Positions 49,961 to 62,478 are shown, counted from the first letter of the whole stretch. The stretch: 63,996 nucleotides of DNA, filler included, from Dirinaria sp. TL-2023a (GCA_051941275.1; 3 parts of 3 records of this genome joined end to end with filler, not necessarily neighbours in it), one strand, 5' to 3'. Numbers and translations are program-made. The notes: generated by a model from the letters alone, not told the origin.

Positions 49961-52173
49961 GTACTACGTACGGTAGCCTCATAGCGTTCTCCTATGTACC
50001 TTAGGCTCGCATGCAAGGATGACAAGCACAGACCACCTGAAGCTTCTCTTCCGGCCGCCAGACTGTTGGGACTGGAGACCCAGTCACCCAGTCCTGTAGG
50101 CTATTGGTATTTGGTATTCGGCATGCTTCTTCAGCTGCCCGCAGCTGGAGCAGTAATAATAATAACATAGAAACCAAATCACACCCTACCGACCCTACCG
50201 GCCTGCCCCCTACCGGACATGGCAATCCACGATATTCGATATCGCCAATACGCTCACCCCGTCGTAGCTCGGCGCATGGGCACGGCGTGCGACATCTACC
50301 CCTGAAAAGTACATGATATCTGTACCTGAGAAAAGTGGTGATCAGCAAGTAATAAGGTGTCCCACATCGGACACTCGACGGTAGTGGGTACCGTTTAGAT
50401 ATACGGAGTATCATCCATTCTTCATGTTCTCCATGCTCGTGGGCTTGCAGCCCTGGTCCGCCTGCACATGGTAAACGCGTGGCTGGCGATTTCTGGGCTA
50501 CCCGGTAATATCATATCTTGGAGAACCCGGTACCACGGCAGTCGGTATTCTGTCCACGATACTCCAGCTAGCTACTCTCAGGTATCCTCTGGCTTACGAT
50601 TCGAAACTTTCCACTCGGCTCCGCCGGCTCTTTTCCAGCCGAGTTGTACGGCATCTCCATCTCTTCGGCCCTGCATGCACCTTGTTATTGAACCCTGAAC
50701 CTGGTACCTTGCCGCGCGCTCGGAAGAAGTGTAATTCGTTGCCTGAACCAGGTAATCTTGAACCCTCCGTAATACAGTAGGAGAGGACAGAAGCCGGGGA
50801 GCTGAGCAGGCTTCGTAGCGATAGCCTGCTACCAACGAGATCTAAGCCTCTTGAAGCGCTTGAGGCGGTCCAGATTGGTCAGTCATGATGAGAATCATAG
50901 AAGGGGATGACTAATAAGGTGGTTGGCGTTAGATTGCTCTGAAGAGTGATGTGAGTTAAACTTAGTAGGATAATCTCTTTCAGTTCCAAATCAATATCTG
51001 CGAGGACATGGCTCATGAAAGTCTATTATATCCTTGGACATTATATTCCGGAGCTCAGCACAATGCCACCAGATGCGGCATGCAGACTTCTTAATCAGGT
51101 ACATATGAGCTATTCCCGATAAATTGCTCCTATGTCGAGGCAAGGGGCAATCAGAGTCCGAATATTATTACATATCGAACGGGCAGCTTCAATTTGTGCA
51201 ATAATGCTGCTGCTTTTGAATCAGTGTTGGGATCTGATCGTTTTGAAGGGTAATTACTAGCAAGGATCTAGAAACGCTCCAGAAGCTCATCCGGATGGCT
51301 ACCGAAAGCTAAAATGCGTATCGATGCTGAGCATATGGGTCCTCGAGAAGCCTCGGCAGAGGGATCATTGTGGGAGGGAAAATCAGTGAACCTAACTACA
51401 AAGAACCCGTCGGATCGTAGTAGTCGAGAAGGCCCAATATTCCCATGAACGGGATCATGTTACTCTCTATCGGTGAGGTAGCTATGCTAAACCATGTTAA
51501 TGCACACATTCAAACGTATTGTGCGGCAGCCCTACCTCCTCTCACCTAGAGTCAACACAGCAACAGATCGGAACTCCATCGCAGCAGATCTAGCTTGATG
51601 ACGGTTATTTTTGCAAATCCAGTCCGAACATGGACTACTACATAGTTATCGCCAGGACTAAGTAAGGATGAATCCGGGACGGGGATCATCATTCTAGAGG
51701 ACCGTTGCACTTGGTCTCCAACGGCCACTGGGGTTTTGGATAAATTAGTATGTAAATCCTAAGACGGATTCGATGCCAGCCCAGCCAGATGACTGGTGGA
51801 CCACAGCAGTGGGTTTCCCCAAAGAAGAAGATCACTTTAAGCGAGACAGCACCTACTGCTGCAACTTAAAAAGGGAAACAGGGACTCAGGGAGGGAGACA
51901 GGGTAAGGTACTAAGGTAAGGTAAGGTAGCCTGGTAGGGGTCCATCAAGTACGGAGTACCTTAGATGAGACCTGAAATGACGTGTGGGCCCCGAAAGGCA
52001 ACGCTAAGCCTTATGCACATGCGCCAGAACCAAACGGATTTCACGAATTCGAGTGTTGGCTTTGCTACATGCGTCCGCTTGCATTCGATCATCCCGAATT
52101 CTTGCGCAGAATCCTGTGAGAGAGCTGATTAAAAAAAAAAAAAAAAAAAAAAACCCCCCATCCGCTTGCCAAA

Positions 52174-53062
52174 ATGGTGGAAAAAATCTACGTAACTTAC
52201 AATCAGGTAATTGCGCTGATTGTCATTTTCCCACGATGCGCAAGGCTGGAGCGAGCGCTCACTTGGCAGTGCCTAGAGTAACATCAACAACAGATCCACA
52301 AGCTGTGTCAAGCTTCTGCTGATCGCATTCTGAACGAATTCAAGCCCAATTTGATGATCGCCATCGGCGGTGGCGGTTACGTGCCTGCTCGGATTCTCCG
52401 GTAAACTCCATGACACTGCCCCTGCTGGTTCTTTATTTATTGATCGGAACGTGTGGCTGACAAATATCCAGCTCTTTTATCAAGCGGCCGGGGTCTCCGA
52501 ACATCCCTATCCAAGCCATTGGCCTTTCGCTCTACGAAAATCTCGGCAACGATGGTCCTGTCGAGGAGCCCGGCACCAAAGTCACCCGTACACAATGGTT
52601 AGACCTGTCCTCTCTGGAAATGGCCAACCTGGTTGGGAAGAACATTCTCATCGTGGACGAGGTTGATGACACGCGAACGACACTGGAGTATGCGGTCAGA
52701 GAGCTGGAGAAAGATGTCGAGGCGGCTAGACAAAAGCTGGGAAGGGAAGGGGAGAGGACTCAGTTTAGTGTCTTCGTACTACACGTGAGCAGGTTCAAAC
52801 AGCGGGGCTTTTGTTTGCGTTCGGCTAAAATGGTTTCGCAGAACAAGGACAAGACCAAAAAGGGACATTTGCCTCAGGATATGGTGGCTGATGGCCGGTA
52901 TCTAGCCGCGAGGACAGTATCAGATGTGTGGATATGTTATCCATGGGAAGCTATGTATGTATATGTTATTCATGAATCTTTTCAGCTACCTGAGGTTCTC
53001 GCTGATGCGGTCTCCATAGTGACATTGACGAGCATGACCAGCTTGCTGCAAATTCAGGATAG
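52174..53062 (+). CDS. XPT1: Xanthine/hypoxanthine-guanine phosphoribosyltransferase (type I PRTase); 5 exons
   Basis: Exons 52174-52206, 52294-52400, 52472-52784, 52842-52954 and 53020-53062. Spliced: MVEKIYVTYNQ|IHKLCQ..MIAIGGGGYVPARILR|SFIK..IQAIGLSLYE..TRTQWLD..ILIVDEVDDTRTTL (PRPP site)..VFVLH|NKDK..WICYPWEAI|DIDEHD. Confidence 0.92.
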
Positions 53063-53451
53063 ATTTCTAAATTAAACTTTCCACCGTTGCACCGTCGAAG
53101 ACTATGCAACAAGATCGATTGAAAAGTATTTTTGGTCTCTGGAGCAGTCCAATCCCTTGATGAAGATGCTCAAAATGTCTTCGCGGGCGACTGGTTGGTA
53201 CGATACTTTCTCCCTCTTTCGTCCGTAATTGCAGGGCCGATAACAGTGGGATGGGATTGCCTTAGGGTTATCCTTATCGCACGCTAACAAGACGCCGTCT
53301 TGGCAAGACGACATCATCATGAGGAAGACGTGCCTCGATACCTTAGTCTTCCATTCTGAAGTCTAGTCGGATACGATTGCATCTTCTGTCTGCTCGTCTT
53401 CAGCTCTTCGGATGTATGATTAAATTTAACATTGGATCTTGACATTGCAGC

Positions 53452-55310
53452 ATGGCTTCTAACGACCCCGGCTTTGCTGTGATGCCGACAGCTGAAGATC
53501 CTAAGAGCGGTGGTATCGAAGCCAGCAGTCTCACCGAAGAACAGCCCGTAGCTCCCGACCAATTCGACCCTGCTTATGAGACCTCCAAGTGGGAGATATG
53601 GGCTTACTATTCGTACTACATCGGCAACAATGGTCTGACCCTGTTCAACTTCGCACCCACTGCATTCCAAAACCTTCTCTCCCAAGCTGCTGGCGACAAC
53701 TCGGTACTGCACTTTGCCGGCCGTGACAGGGATATCAATAGTATCGTCCTTGAAGCGAATGGCATTAGCTTTGCAATTCAAATCATTGTTTTCTTAACGC
53801 TGGGAAGCTTTGCAGGCATGTTCTGCTGAAGCTTCGCGAAAAACGAGTATCTAATAAAGCTAGACTTTGGACGCTTCCGGCCCAATATACTCATTGTCCT
53901 GTCGGTTATTGCCTTTGGCATCGGCTTCGGATGGTTGGGTATACACACCGCTGATAAGTGGAGGATTGCCGTTGGCATGTATATTGTGGGGTGTCAGTAG
54001 AGCAACATTTTCAATGCATTTCCAACTGAAGCTGAAATTATATGAGTGATTGCCTATCAAACGACTCTCACCTTCTGGACTGCAGCATTCCCCGGTCTCG
54101 CACGCAACACAGCCCAGCTCAGGGCGAAAGCCGAAGAATACACTTCCGGGAAGATAACACGAGACGAATACGATTATGCCGATACCATGCAGCGAAGCAA
54201 GCTTGCCAATATAGCTTTCTACATACAATCATGTGGTGAGATCGTTATCCTAGCTATCATCGTTGGCGTTTTGTTTGGTGTCAATGTACGAGCAAGCGAT
54301 GCGAACAACAATTGGGGACTGAGCGTGTTGATTGCTTTTGCGACCGGCGTGTGGCTACTTTTAGCCATCCCGTGGTTCGTACTCGAGAAGCGCAGGCCTG
54401 GACAAGCGGTTCCACCCAACATGAACATGTTAGCGTAGCTCCACCTTGGAACAAAATCTACGCTCACTGACCTCTGGAAAGAATTACGGTAGGCTTCTGG
54501 CAACTGCATAGAGCACTCACCCAAATCTGGCAACTCAGGCAGAGTCTAATCTATCTTATTGGTTCGTCCCATCTTTAAAGCTGCCAAAAGGGGCGTTAAT
54601 GAAGTGATTAGGTTATTTTCTTCTCGGTGATTCTTTAAATACCACTGTGACCGTTGTTGCTACGCTGCAAAATACTGTCGTCGAATATGACACTCTCACT
54701 TTAACTTACCTTTTACTAGTAGGTATTGCTGCACAGGCAATTGGCATCTACAGCTTTTGGTGGGTTCAGCAAAGGTTCATGCTTGGAACAAAGACGATGT
54801 TCAACACGGTGGCGATGGGCATCATTTTACTGTAATTCTTTGTGATCCCTCTAGCCTTAGAGGTAACATTGACATCTCAATTCTAGGGATGGCTGGGGCA
54901 TGATCGGTATCTGGACTCAACAATTTGGCTTCCACCACGCTTGGGAATTCTGGCTCTATCAGGCTTTTTACGGACTCTTCGTCTGCCCATGGTACTCTTA
55001 CAGCCAAATTATGATTTCCGAGGTCACTCCACGTGGCAAGGAATTCCTCTTTTTCTCTCTCTTCTCAATCATCGGCAAGACATCCTCGTTCATCGGTCCA
55101 CTGGTATCGAGTGCAATCATCGACGATTCGCCCAACAACAATAACTCGACACCGTTCTACTTTTTGTTCGCGCTCAGTTGTACAAGTTTTTTGCTTCTAT
55201 TCCTTTTCGTCGATCTAAAGAAGAGCCGTTTAGAGCAAGCACGGTTCCTCGACGATGAAGCCAGGCTGAGGGAGAAGTTAGCCATGGCAAATACCAGCAA
55301 TAGCAGCTGA
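53452..55310 (+). CDS. ATG22: Autophagy-related protein 22-like vacuolar MFS effluxer; 6 exons
   Basis: Exons 53452-53815, 53864-53992, 54047-54428, 54482-54561, 54612-54831 and 54887-55310. Motifs: WEIWAYYSYYIGNNG, FAPTAFQNLL, GSFADFG, FPGLARN, GYFLLGDSLNTTVTV, DGWGMIG, SEVTPRGKEFLFFSLFSIIGKTSSFIGPLVSSAI. Confidence 0.87.
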
Positions 55311-57373
55311 CCTGGACTCAGGCTTCGTCCATGACCTATATAAAAGATCTATTAGTCGGTCTACTAGTCGCTCTTTCTTTCAAAAACCTTTGTCAGGGTA
55401 GACGGTCCTTGCAAAATACTTGTGTCATGCAGACTGAGATATTAAGCAAAATAGTTATTGTCTATTGTTCTACGTTCAGAAGCACTTCTAATGTTCAAAA
55501 TTTGCGTCAGTCCCAGAAAGAAGCGTATTAGATAGTACTTACACAGTCTGAAATGTTGATAGGATTAGACAATGGATGTATCACAATCACCGACAGCCTT
55601 ATCGGTGAGTGGGCGCGGACGCTTAGTACCTCCGAACTCTCCTACCTCCTTGTGGCCTCCACCGAAGGTGAAACAAGTTGTATCGCACAGTGCCAAAGCC
55701 AGGCAGACCGATCACTAAGGTCAAAAGATACCCATAGCACCTCAGGTCAGGCGAGAGCTGAAGTAGGACTCTCGGTCGATCGAGCCCCCCAAACTGAATT
55801 CACGGTCACCAAATTTCAGGGCCTTGGTCCAGAGTCTGAACTATCCCACCAAGACGACACCGATTGCAGCCAAAGATGAAGGACTGGAGAGAGCAGGAGA
55901 GAGCAATGTACAATCTATTCGCTACGAGCTCTGTTTAGCTTTGGCGGAAATTGAAGCTGTGGGAACGAGGGCAAAAATAGATTACGAACCGAACCATATC
56001 AAGTCCGAAACCAAGGCAAGACCAAATGTCACTGGTCTCACGAATGCCCTGCTTCCCGTTTCGGGACTTCGCCGCCAAATTTCACTGCTACGGCACGATG
56101 TATTGCCTACGCAAGCACCGAGAGGCTTCAGAGGGGATGTTCGTGGTCTACTCAATGACACTCCAAGAACCAGCTCTCAGTTGACGCCTACTCGGAATGG
56201 CCTGGCAGCTACACAAGCGCCGAGACGCGATTTACTCAACGGTACTCCGGATTCCAGCTCTTAATCTGCGCCTACTCAGAAAAGTGTCTAGGCGTGCATG
56301 TTCTACGTCGAAGCTTTTAGTCGTTTGAAAGGATTTCTGATGATGCGCGACTGCCACCACCTCAAAGACCTGGAACAGAATATAGTAAACCTCCCGTCCA
56401 GGGAGCAAGGATCCTCAGGCACAAAGACTCCTCGTAGGCCAGTACTCATAATGAAGGAGAACCTCCGCACTACCCCAGGCTTCTGGCCGTACCATAAAAT
56501 GTCTACTCCTTAGCATGCTTGTGGGTTATACTCTCACTTGGAGTTCCCTTTGGAAGTCCCCGGTCTCTAATTCGAAAACGGTTGGAGCATGGTTCTTCAT
56601 GCATCCACCAATGCATCGCCCGCATCGCCACTTCACCTTTGTTGCGACTTGTCGATTTTTGACTAGGGCTTGGTGTCTTGACCACTAGGGTCTTTTTAGG
56701 GTTTTGAAGCTTCAATCGAATTCCGTGTCATATCAGGAGCTTGCCAGGGGACTGGAGTTCTGGTATGGTAAACTGGAAATCCTGAATCTCATTATTGTTT
56801 GAAACTTGATACTACTTATAGCGGAAAAGCTATTGCTGGATCACGCATTCATCTCTGCTATTTCTCTTCGGGTTCAGACATAAAACCCTTCAGTACCTGA
56901 TCTGCCAAGAGGTGGGGGGTAGGGGTGCCCGGTTGTCACCGGCTAATGGCTATCATCGAGCAGGGGACGGCAGGTTGTAGCGATCACAGGTAGCACTTCG
57001 TGTAAGGTGAAGTACTTTAATGTACATTATTAGGTAAGGTATGTACACACTTTATCGCTCACGGGGATTTCGGCATGAGTTCCCGGCTTTCTTGGTAATT
57101 GGATCAATTCCTGGCATTGCCCAAGGAAGTGTTAGGCCTTACCTTATCATATCGTCGGAGACGCTGCGCTTGGGGCTGTGGTGGTGGTATAGGTAGGCCT
57201 TAGTGTCCACTTCTGATCATGAGACGCTGCAACGTATTCTTGAGCAACTTTTCTTCTTCTTCCAATGTCTTTCCTATACACTATAGTCTGGCATTGCTTT
57301 TCCCAATCACCTACCTCATTCACGTTACCATCGAATCTACGCCCTCAAAGCGTCCTTTGCGCCGCCCTCAATC

Positions 57374-59054
57374 ATGAAGCAACTTACAATCGAAGCGTTA
57401 CAGCCGGAGAACCCGGAGACTGCAACCGGTGTCCAGTGCGGTATGGCCACTGCGCGTGGAATAGCGATTCCGAGCCATATGGTCGCCCCTGGAGAGGAAG
57501 GCTATCGGACCCCTACGATTGAGGACTACGAACGTCACCATCGCGAATCTGCGCAGCGTTCTCAGCAGCTTCATGGCTCTACAGCGCCAGATTCCAGCGT
57601 CCGTGCCAGTCATCAGAGGGAGCTTATCTTCGGCCGATCTTCTTTCAACCTTAGCCACCTCAACCTGAGTCCGCGGCTTCTCCAGAGATTAGAATGGAGG
57701 GAACGGATCCGGCATTTCACATGGACGTTTTTCACCATGACTATGGCTACAGGTGAGATTTGAAAAATCAGAAATAGGAACCGGCGCTCATAGCCAATGG
57801 CAGGCGGAGTGGCCAATGTTCTGTACACCGGTACCAGCTTCCCTCAATCCGGATCCTGCGTCTACTGATCACGCTGATCACAGTGCCCTTCCGCTTCAAC
57901 GGCCTGGAGGCAATTGGAATAATCTTCTTCCTGCTGAATATTGTGTTATTCATAATCATTACTACACTAATATCTTTGCGTTTCTACTGCCATCCGGAGA
58001 CTTTCAAAGCATCTTTCATGCACCCTACAGAACGGCTTTTCATTCCAGCCTCGGTTGTTTCGTTTGGGACTATACTCATCAACATATCTCAGTATGGGCC
58101 AAATCACTCAGGGCATTGGCTAACCCATGCTGTGGCTGTGCTTTTTTGGATTGATTGTGGCTTGGCCATTGTCGCCTCTACGACAATATATTTGCTAATG
58201 TTTGCCTCTTGGCTCCCCATTCGTTGACCGGTATAGTATGGTTGACATTGCCCAGGTGGAGTACCAAGCGCTTTACGATCAGTCAAATGACCCCTATCTG
58301 GATCTTTCCAGCCTATCCCATGTTGATAATCGGTCCTCATGCGGCTGTACTCAGTGAGACGCTTGAGCAGTCAAAATCCGTCGCCGTTATTGTCGGCGGT
58401 TTTACCATTCAGGGCATTGGTTTTTTGGTGTCGATGATGGTTTACTCCGCTTTCATCTACCGCCTTATGACCCAAAAGCTCCCCCAAGAAGCTACGAGGC
58501 CAGGTATGTTCGTCTCCGTAGGTCCCAGCGGTTTCACAGTAGCTAGCGTCATAGGGATGGCGACCGGTGCAGGGCGGTCCCTCTCACCAAACTTCATGGG
58601 CAATGGTCCGCTGGTAGCTATGATTCTCAAAGTAGTCGCCAGCTGGATGGGACTCTGGATTTGGGGACTTGCATTGTGGTTCTTCTTCATTTCCGTAGGT
58701 GCACATTGGTCCTGCGTCGGCCGCGACAAGATGGCGTTTAGCATGACGTGGTACTCGTTCGTTTTTCCCAACACTGCGCTGATAACAGCCACGTTCGCCG
58801 TTGGCCAAGCTTTCAATGCTCGCGCGATTCAGATTATTGGGTGTGTGATGACCCCTTTACTTATCGTGACCTGGTTCTTCGTCTCGGGCATGATGATCCG
58901 CGCCATCATCCTGAAGCAGATACTGTGGCCGCAAAAGGGAGAAGATAGGGATGAAGGGGGCTTCAAAGGTCCTGATAGGAAGCCGAGTGCGATTGAAAAG
59001 CAGTTGTCACGGGATATGGAGCGGGAAACAGACCTTGAGCGGCAAACAGGATGA
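57374..59054 (+). CDS. mae1: TDT/SLAC1-family C4-dicarboxylate (malate) transporter, Mae1-like; 4 exons
   Basis: Exons 57374-57752, 57804-57830, 57884-58199 and 58256-59054. Motifs: RERIRHFTWTFFTMTMATG|GVANVL, SFMHPTERLF, MTPIWIFPAYP, RLMTQKLP..RPGMFVSVGPSGFT, MTWYSFVFPN, ILWPQKGED. Confidence 0.88.
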
Positions 59055-60106
59055 TGTGCGGGAAACAGAACGATCACCCACAACCGCTACCTGCTTGATG
59101 CCTATATGCGCGCTCAACGTACTGCTAGACTTGAGTTATACAAGCCTTGAAGTCACCTTACTCCTCCTCAATCCTAAAAATCAGCATGGAGCAACCACTG
59201 TGTATGAAGAGCAGGCTCATCATCGACCCCAGCTGCTGGGAGATTACAGATACCATATTTCTGCATGTGTCGCGGCTGATGCAAAGTCACGGCACACTGG
59301 TCCCTGCTATGGCCAGTTCGATCGCTCGGCCTGCAGAATTGGCTGCCTCGCGGTAAGACTGTTTGACGCATTATTGGTAGTGCACTACCGTCTCCTTCTG
59401 CGTGGAAAGCGCACAGCTTCTGCTCGAATTAACGACTATGCATCAGAGCCATGGAGTGGTTGCATATCGCGTTCTCATGGGTTACTTTGGAGCACATTCA
59501 ACAACGTCGTGCTGATTCATGGTCATCTTCAGGACGCGAAGTCGATTGCAAGACTCAAGAAACCTTCACCAGTTTCGCGAGTGCACTTATGAGTTTTCCC
59601 GACTCGTCTACTCCGTACTACTTTCGTAGTGCGATGAGGTTGACTCAAAAACACGTTGGTCCAAACGAATTGGGTGCGGGGCAAAACCTGGCCAGTCGAT
59701 GCTAGTTTTTAAAGTAGTGAACCGGCTCTTCTTAATTTACCACAACTTGAGGCTCTAGGCCGCTTTCGGATTCAATTCATCCAATACCGTTCGACGTTGA
59801 TTCTGCCATGTGTTTCAGCTTCCGGTCCGCTGCTGCGAAACTGGTAATATTTTCAAACACTCCAACAATCGTGCAGCGCCTCACGGTGGTTTGTCCGCTG
59901 CTGGTCTGGGAAAGGCTACTACCGCGCCTTAGCTTCATGTCGCATGACGCCTACAACAAGTCTCGTCCCCCTCCAAGCTTGCCCACTGTGCTCCATATTC
60001 AGTTGACATAATCTCCTAGCTCAATCTCTTTTCCATATTATGAAAGACCTTGTTATTGTTACATCCAGCAAGATCCCCAACAAGCGACAACTGCGTGGTG
60101 TGCAAC

Positions 60107-62478
60107 ATGCAAGTCGTCTCTGATCGTCAAGTCCCTCGGGGCATTGAACCTCAGAGGCTGACTATCATGCTGCCAATGGGTCAGGATATGCGCAAGATGA
60201 GCTTTAGCAAGGAACAACAGAATGCCGCCGCTGCTAGGCGAGGTGTCAAAAGCAAAGCGCGGCGCTCCGGCAATGACTACAGACCTGCCCAAGAGCTATG
60301 TACGCTCAAGGCGGCCAATTTGACAAATGTTAAACCTCCACAGAGCGAAGTCACTGGGCCTAAGTCTTCTGGCTCTCAGCTACCTACGAAACCTGATTCT
60401 CGGAGATTCTCCACCGACAAAGTTCGAGAATTAAATTGGCGGGACATGGAGATACCGTCAGAGCTTGACTTGTTACACGCCGGCACACCAATTGAAATTC
60501 AGAACATCATCCAAGAGTCGTTAGACGAGCACCGAGCCAAGCGCGCTGCGAGACAGTCTCAGCCACAAGCAATTATTGTGAGAACCACTATCACGCAGTC
60601 TAGAAGTAGTGAAACGGTCGGAAACTTGACGGCATTGACGGAGAGCTCTGCTTCAGCCACTAGTCGACGAGCCAACTCCTCGATATCGAGTAATGTTCCA
60701 AGCGCCCATAGCCTGGACCTCGAATCGACGTCTAGCCTTAATACTAGTGGAGGAAGGAGCGGTCTTTTGAAGCCCCCTTCATTATATGACGAACCTGGGT
60801 TTACCGTCTGCCAAGAAGATATGCTTGCAGAAGCCGGCATGAAAATAATGAAAGCAAGGCAGCGAAGAAGCCGGGACAAGCCATTGAAAGAGCGCGGTTT
60901 TTTCAAGATCTTCTCGAATTGGAAAGGCAAAGAGGTCGATCGCAGAGGTCTAGACGAAGATGGATCTCACTTTGGCGAATGTACAGGCTGCTTTGGCAAC
61001 TTACCAGCCAAAGCGGTTGTATCACTGGCCTGTCGGCATCAGTACTGCTCAAATTGCTTTTCGCAGCTGATCATGACTTCAATACGGTCCGAATCTACTT
61101 TCCCGCCCAGATGCTGCCTCCAAGAGATACCTCATCAAGCGATGCGCTCTCATCTGACACCGGATGATCTAGCTCAATTCGACAAGAAAACTCTTGAATA
61201 TGCAGTCGCAGTCAGCAACCGATACTACTGTACATCTCCCAAGTGCGCTAAATGGATCGACGTTCGCACGGCTCGTGCATATAAAAGGACTCTCATATGC
61301 CCGCACTGTGGATCTTCTGTTTGCACTAACCGTCGAGGCCAAGGCCACGGCAAGAATCAGCACTGCCCGAATGACTTTAGTCCAAGCGCTACCTTACGGC
61401 AAGCCGAACGAACAGGATGGCAAAGTTGTTATAACTGCGATGCTGTGGTGAAAGCCCACAGAGGTCGTCCGCACATCACCTGCCGATGCCGGGCCCAATT
61501 CTGGTGAGTCTTGCCGTCAGAACGGTGGGAAATGGGGGAATTGAGGCTAATAGTCCTAGCTATACGTGTGGCGCTCCCTGGAAAACTTGCGCATGCACGG
61601 AAGACGATCAGCGACGGAGGGAAGAGGAGATACAACAGAGACACCAACGGTACGACGCTGGAGGCGCAGCAGAGGAAGCAGAAGTTCGGGCAGCCATTGC
61701 GGCTGTTGAAGCCGCTGAGCGTTCGGTGGCCCAAGAGCGGGAAGCTGAAGAAGAGCGCTTCGCAGAAGAGGCTCGCATGATCACGGCAAGAGAGTACGAA
61801 CGGTTGGAAGCTATCACTGAGTTTTTCGAATACCTTCGTGAGGCATTGGAGCGGGTTCGTGTGCAGCAGATGCAAGCCATGGAAAGACGCCATCGCACCA
61901 AGCTAGAAGAGATTTACGATAAAGAAAATGCTCTTGTTTCAGGCGAGCGTATGCTACATAGAGACCAAAAAGCGGCTGCTGAAAGAGTGAAACTTGTGAA
62001 AGACAATGAAGAGACGATGAAGCATCTACGGAAGAAGCATGCCGATGAACTGATAGAAACACTCCAAAGGCATCGCGATGACCAGCATGCCTATATTCTC
62101 AGATCAACCGAATCCCCGACGACCGACGAGCGCGTGGACCAAGGTAGAATCCTTAAAATACTGCTACAAGCTCAGGATTCAGAGCGAGCCATTCTACGAT
62201 CACAGCAAGCTCGCACAATCCAGAAATATGAGAAGCGAGCGCCTCGGCTACTCGAAGACTTTGACAGAAGAACAGAAGCTGAGCGAACCAAGCTCCTTGA
62301 AAATCAGATCAAGGAGGCGGAGGAAGTTACCAGAGTAACGACTGAGACGAAAACGCAAACTGCTGCTGACTGGAAATGGTTCGATGCCATTTTCCTGGAC
62401 CGAGCTATGATGCTTGGCGAAGATGAAAGGCGGATGGTCCTTTCGGGCGCTGACGCGCGTAAGTTGAATCAGTGCTGA
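60107..62478 (+). CDS. RBR (RING1-IBR-RING2) E3-ligase-family protein with C-terminal coiled coil, predicted catalytically degenerate; 2 exons
   Basis: Exon 1 60107-61503 (start inferred), intron 61504-61559, exon 2 61560-62478. RING1 CTGC..CRHQYCSNC..FPPRCC; IBR YCTSPKC..CPHC..CTNR..H..CP; RING2 WQSCYNC..GRPHITCRCRAQFC|YTCGAPWKTCAC. Confidence 0.85.

Noticed and set aside
52174..59054. XPT1-ATG22-mae1 as a co-oriented nutrient-salvage cluster
   Set aside because: The pathways are unrelated and I saw no shared regulator or motif. Co-orientation of three genes is expected by chance.
58951..59705. 213-aa and neighbouring ORFs downstream of mae1
   Set aside because: They overlap the transporter C-terminus in another frame, with no motifs or codon bias; most likely 3' UTR or intergenic.
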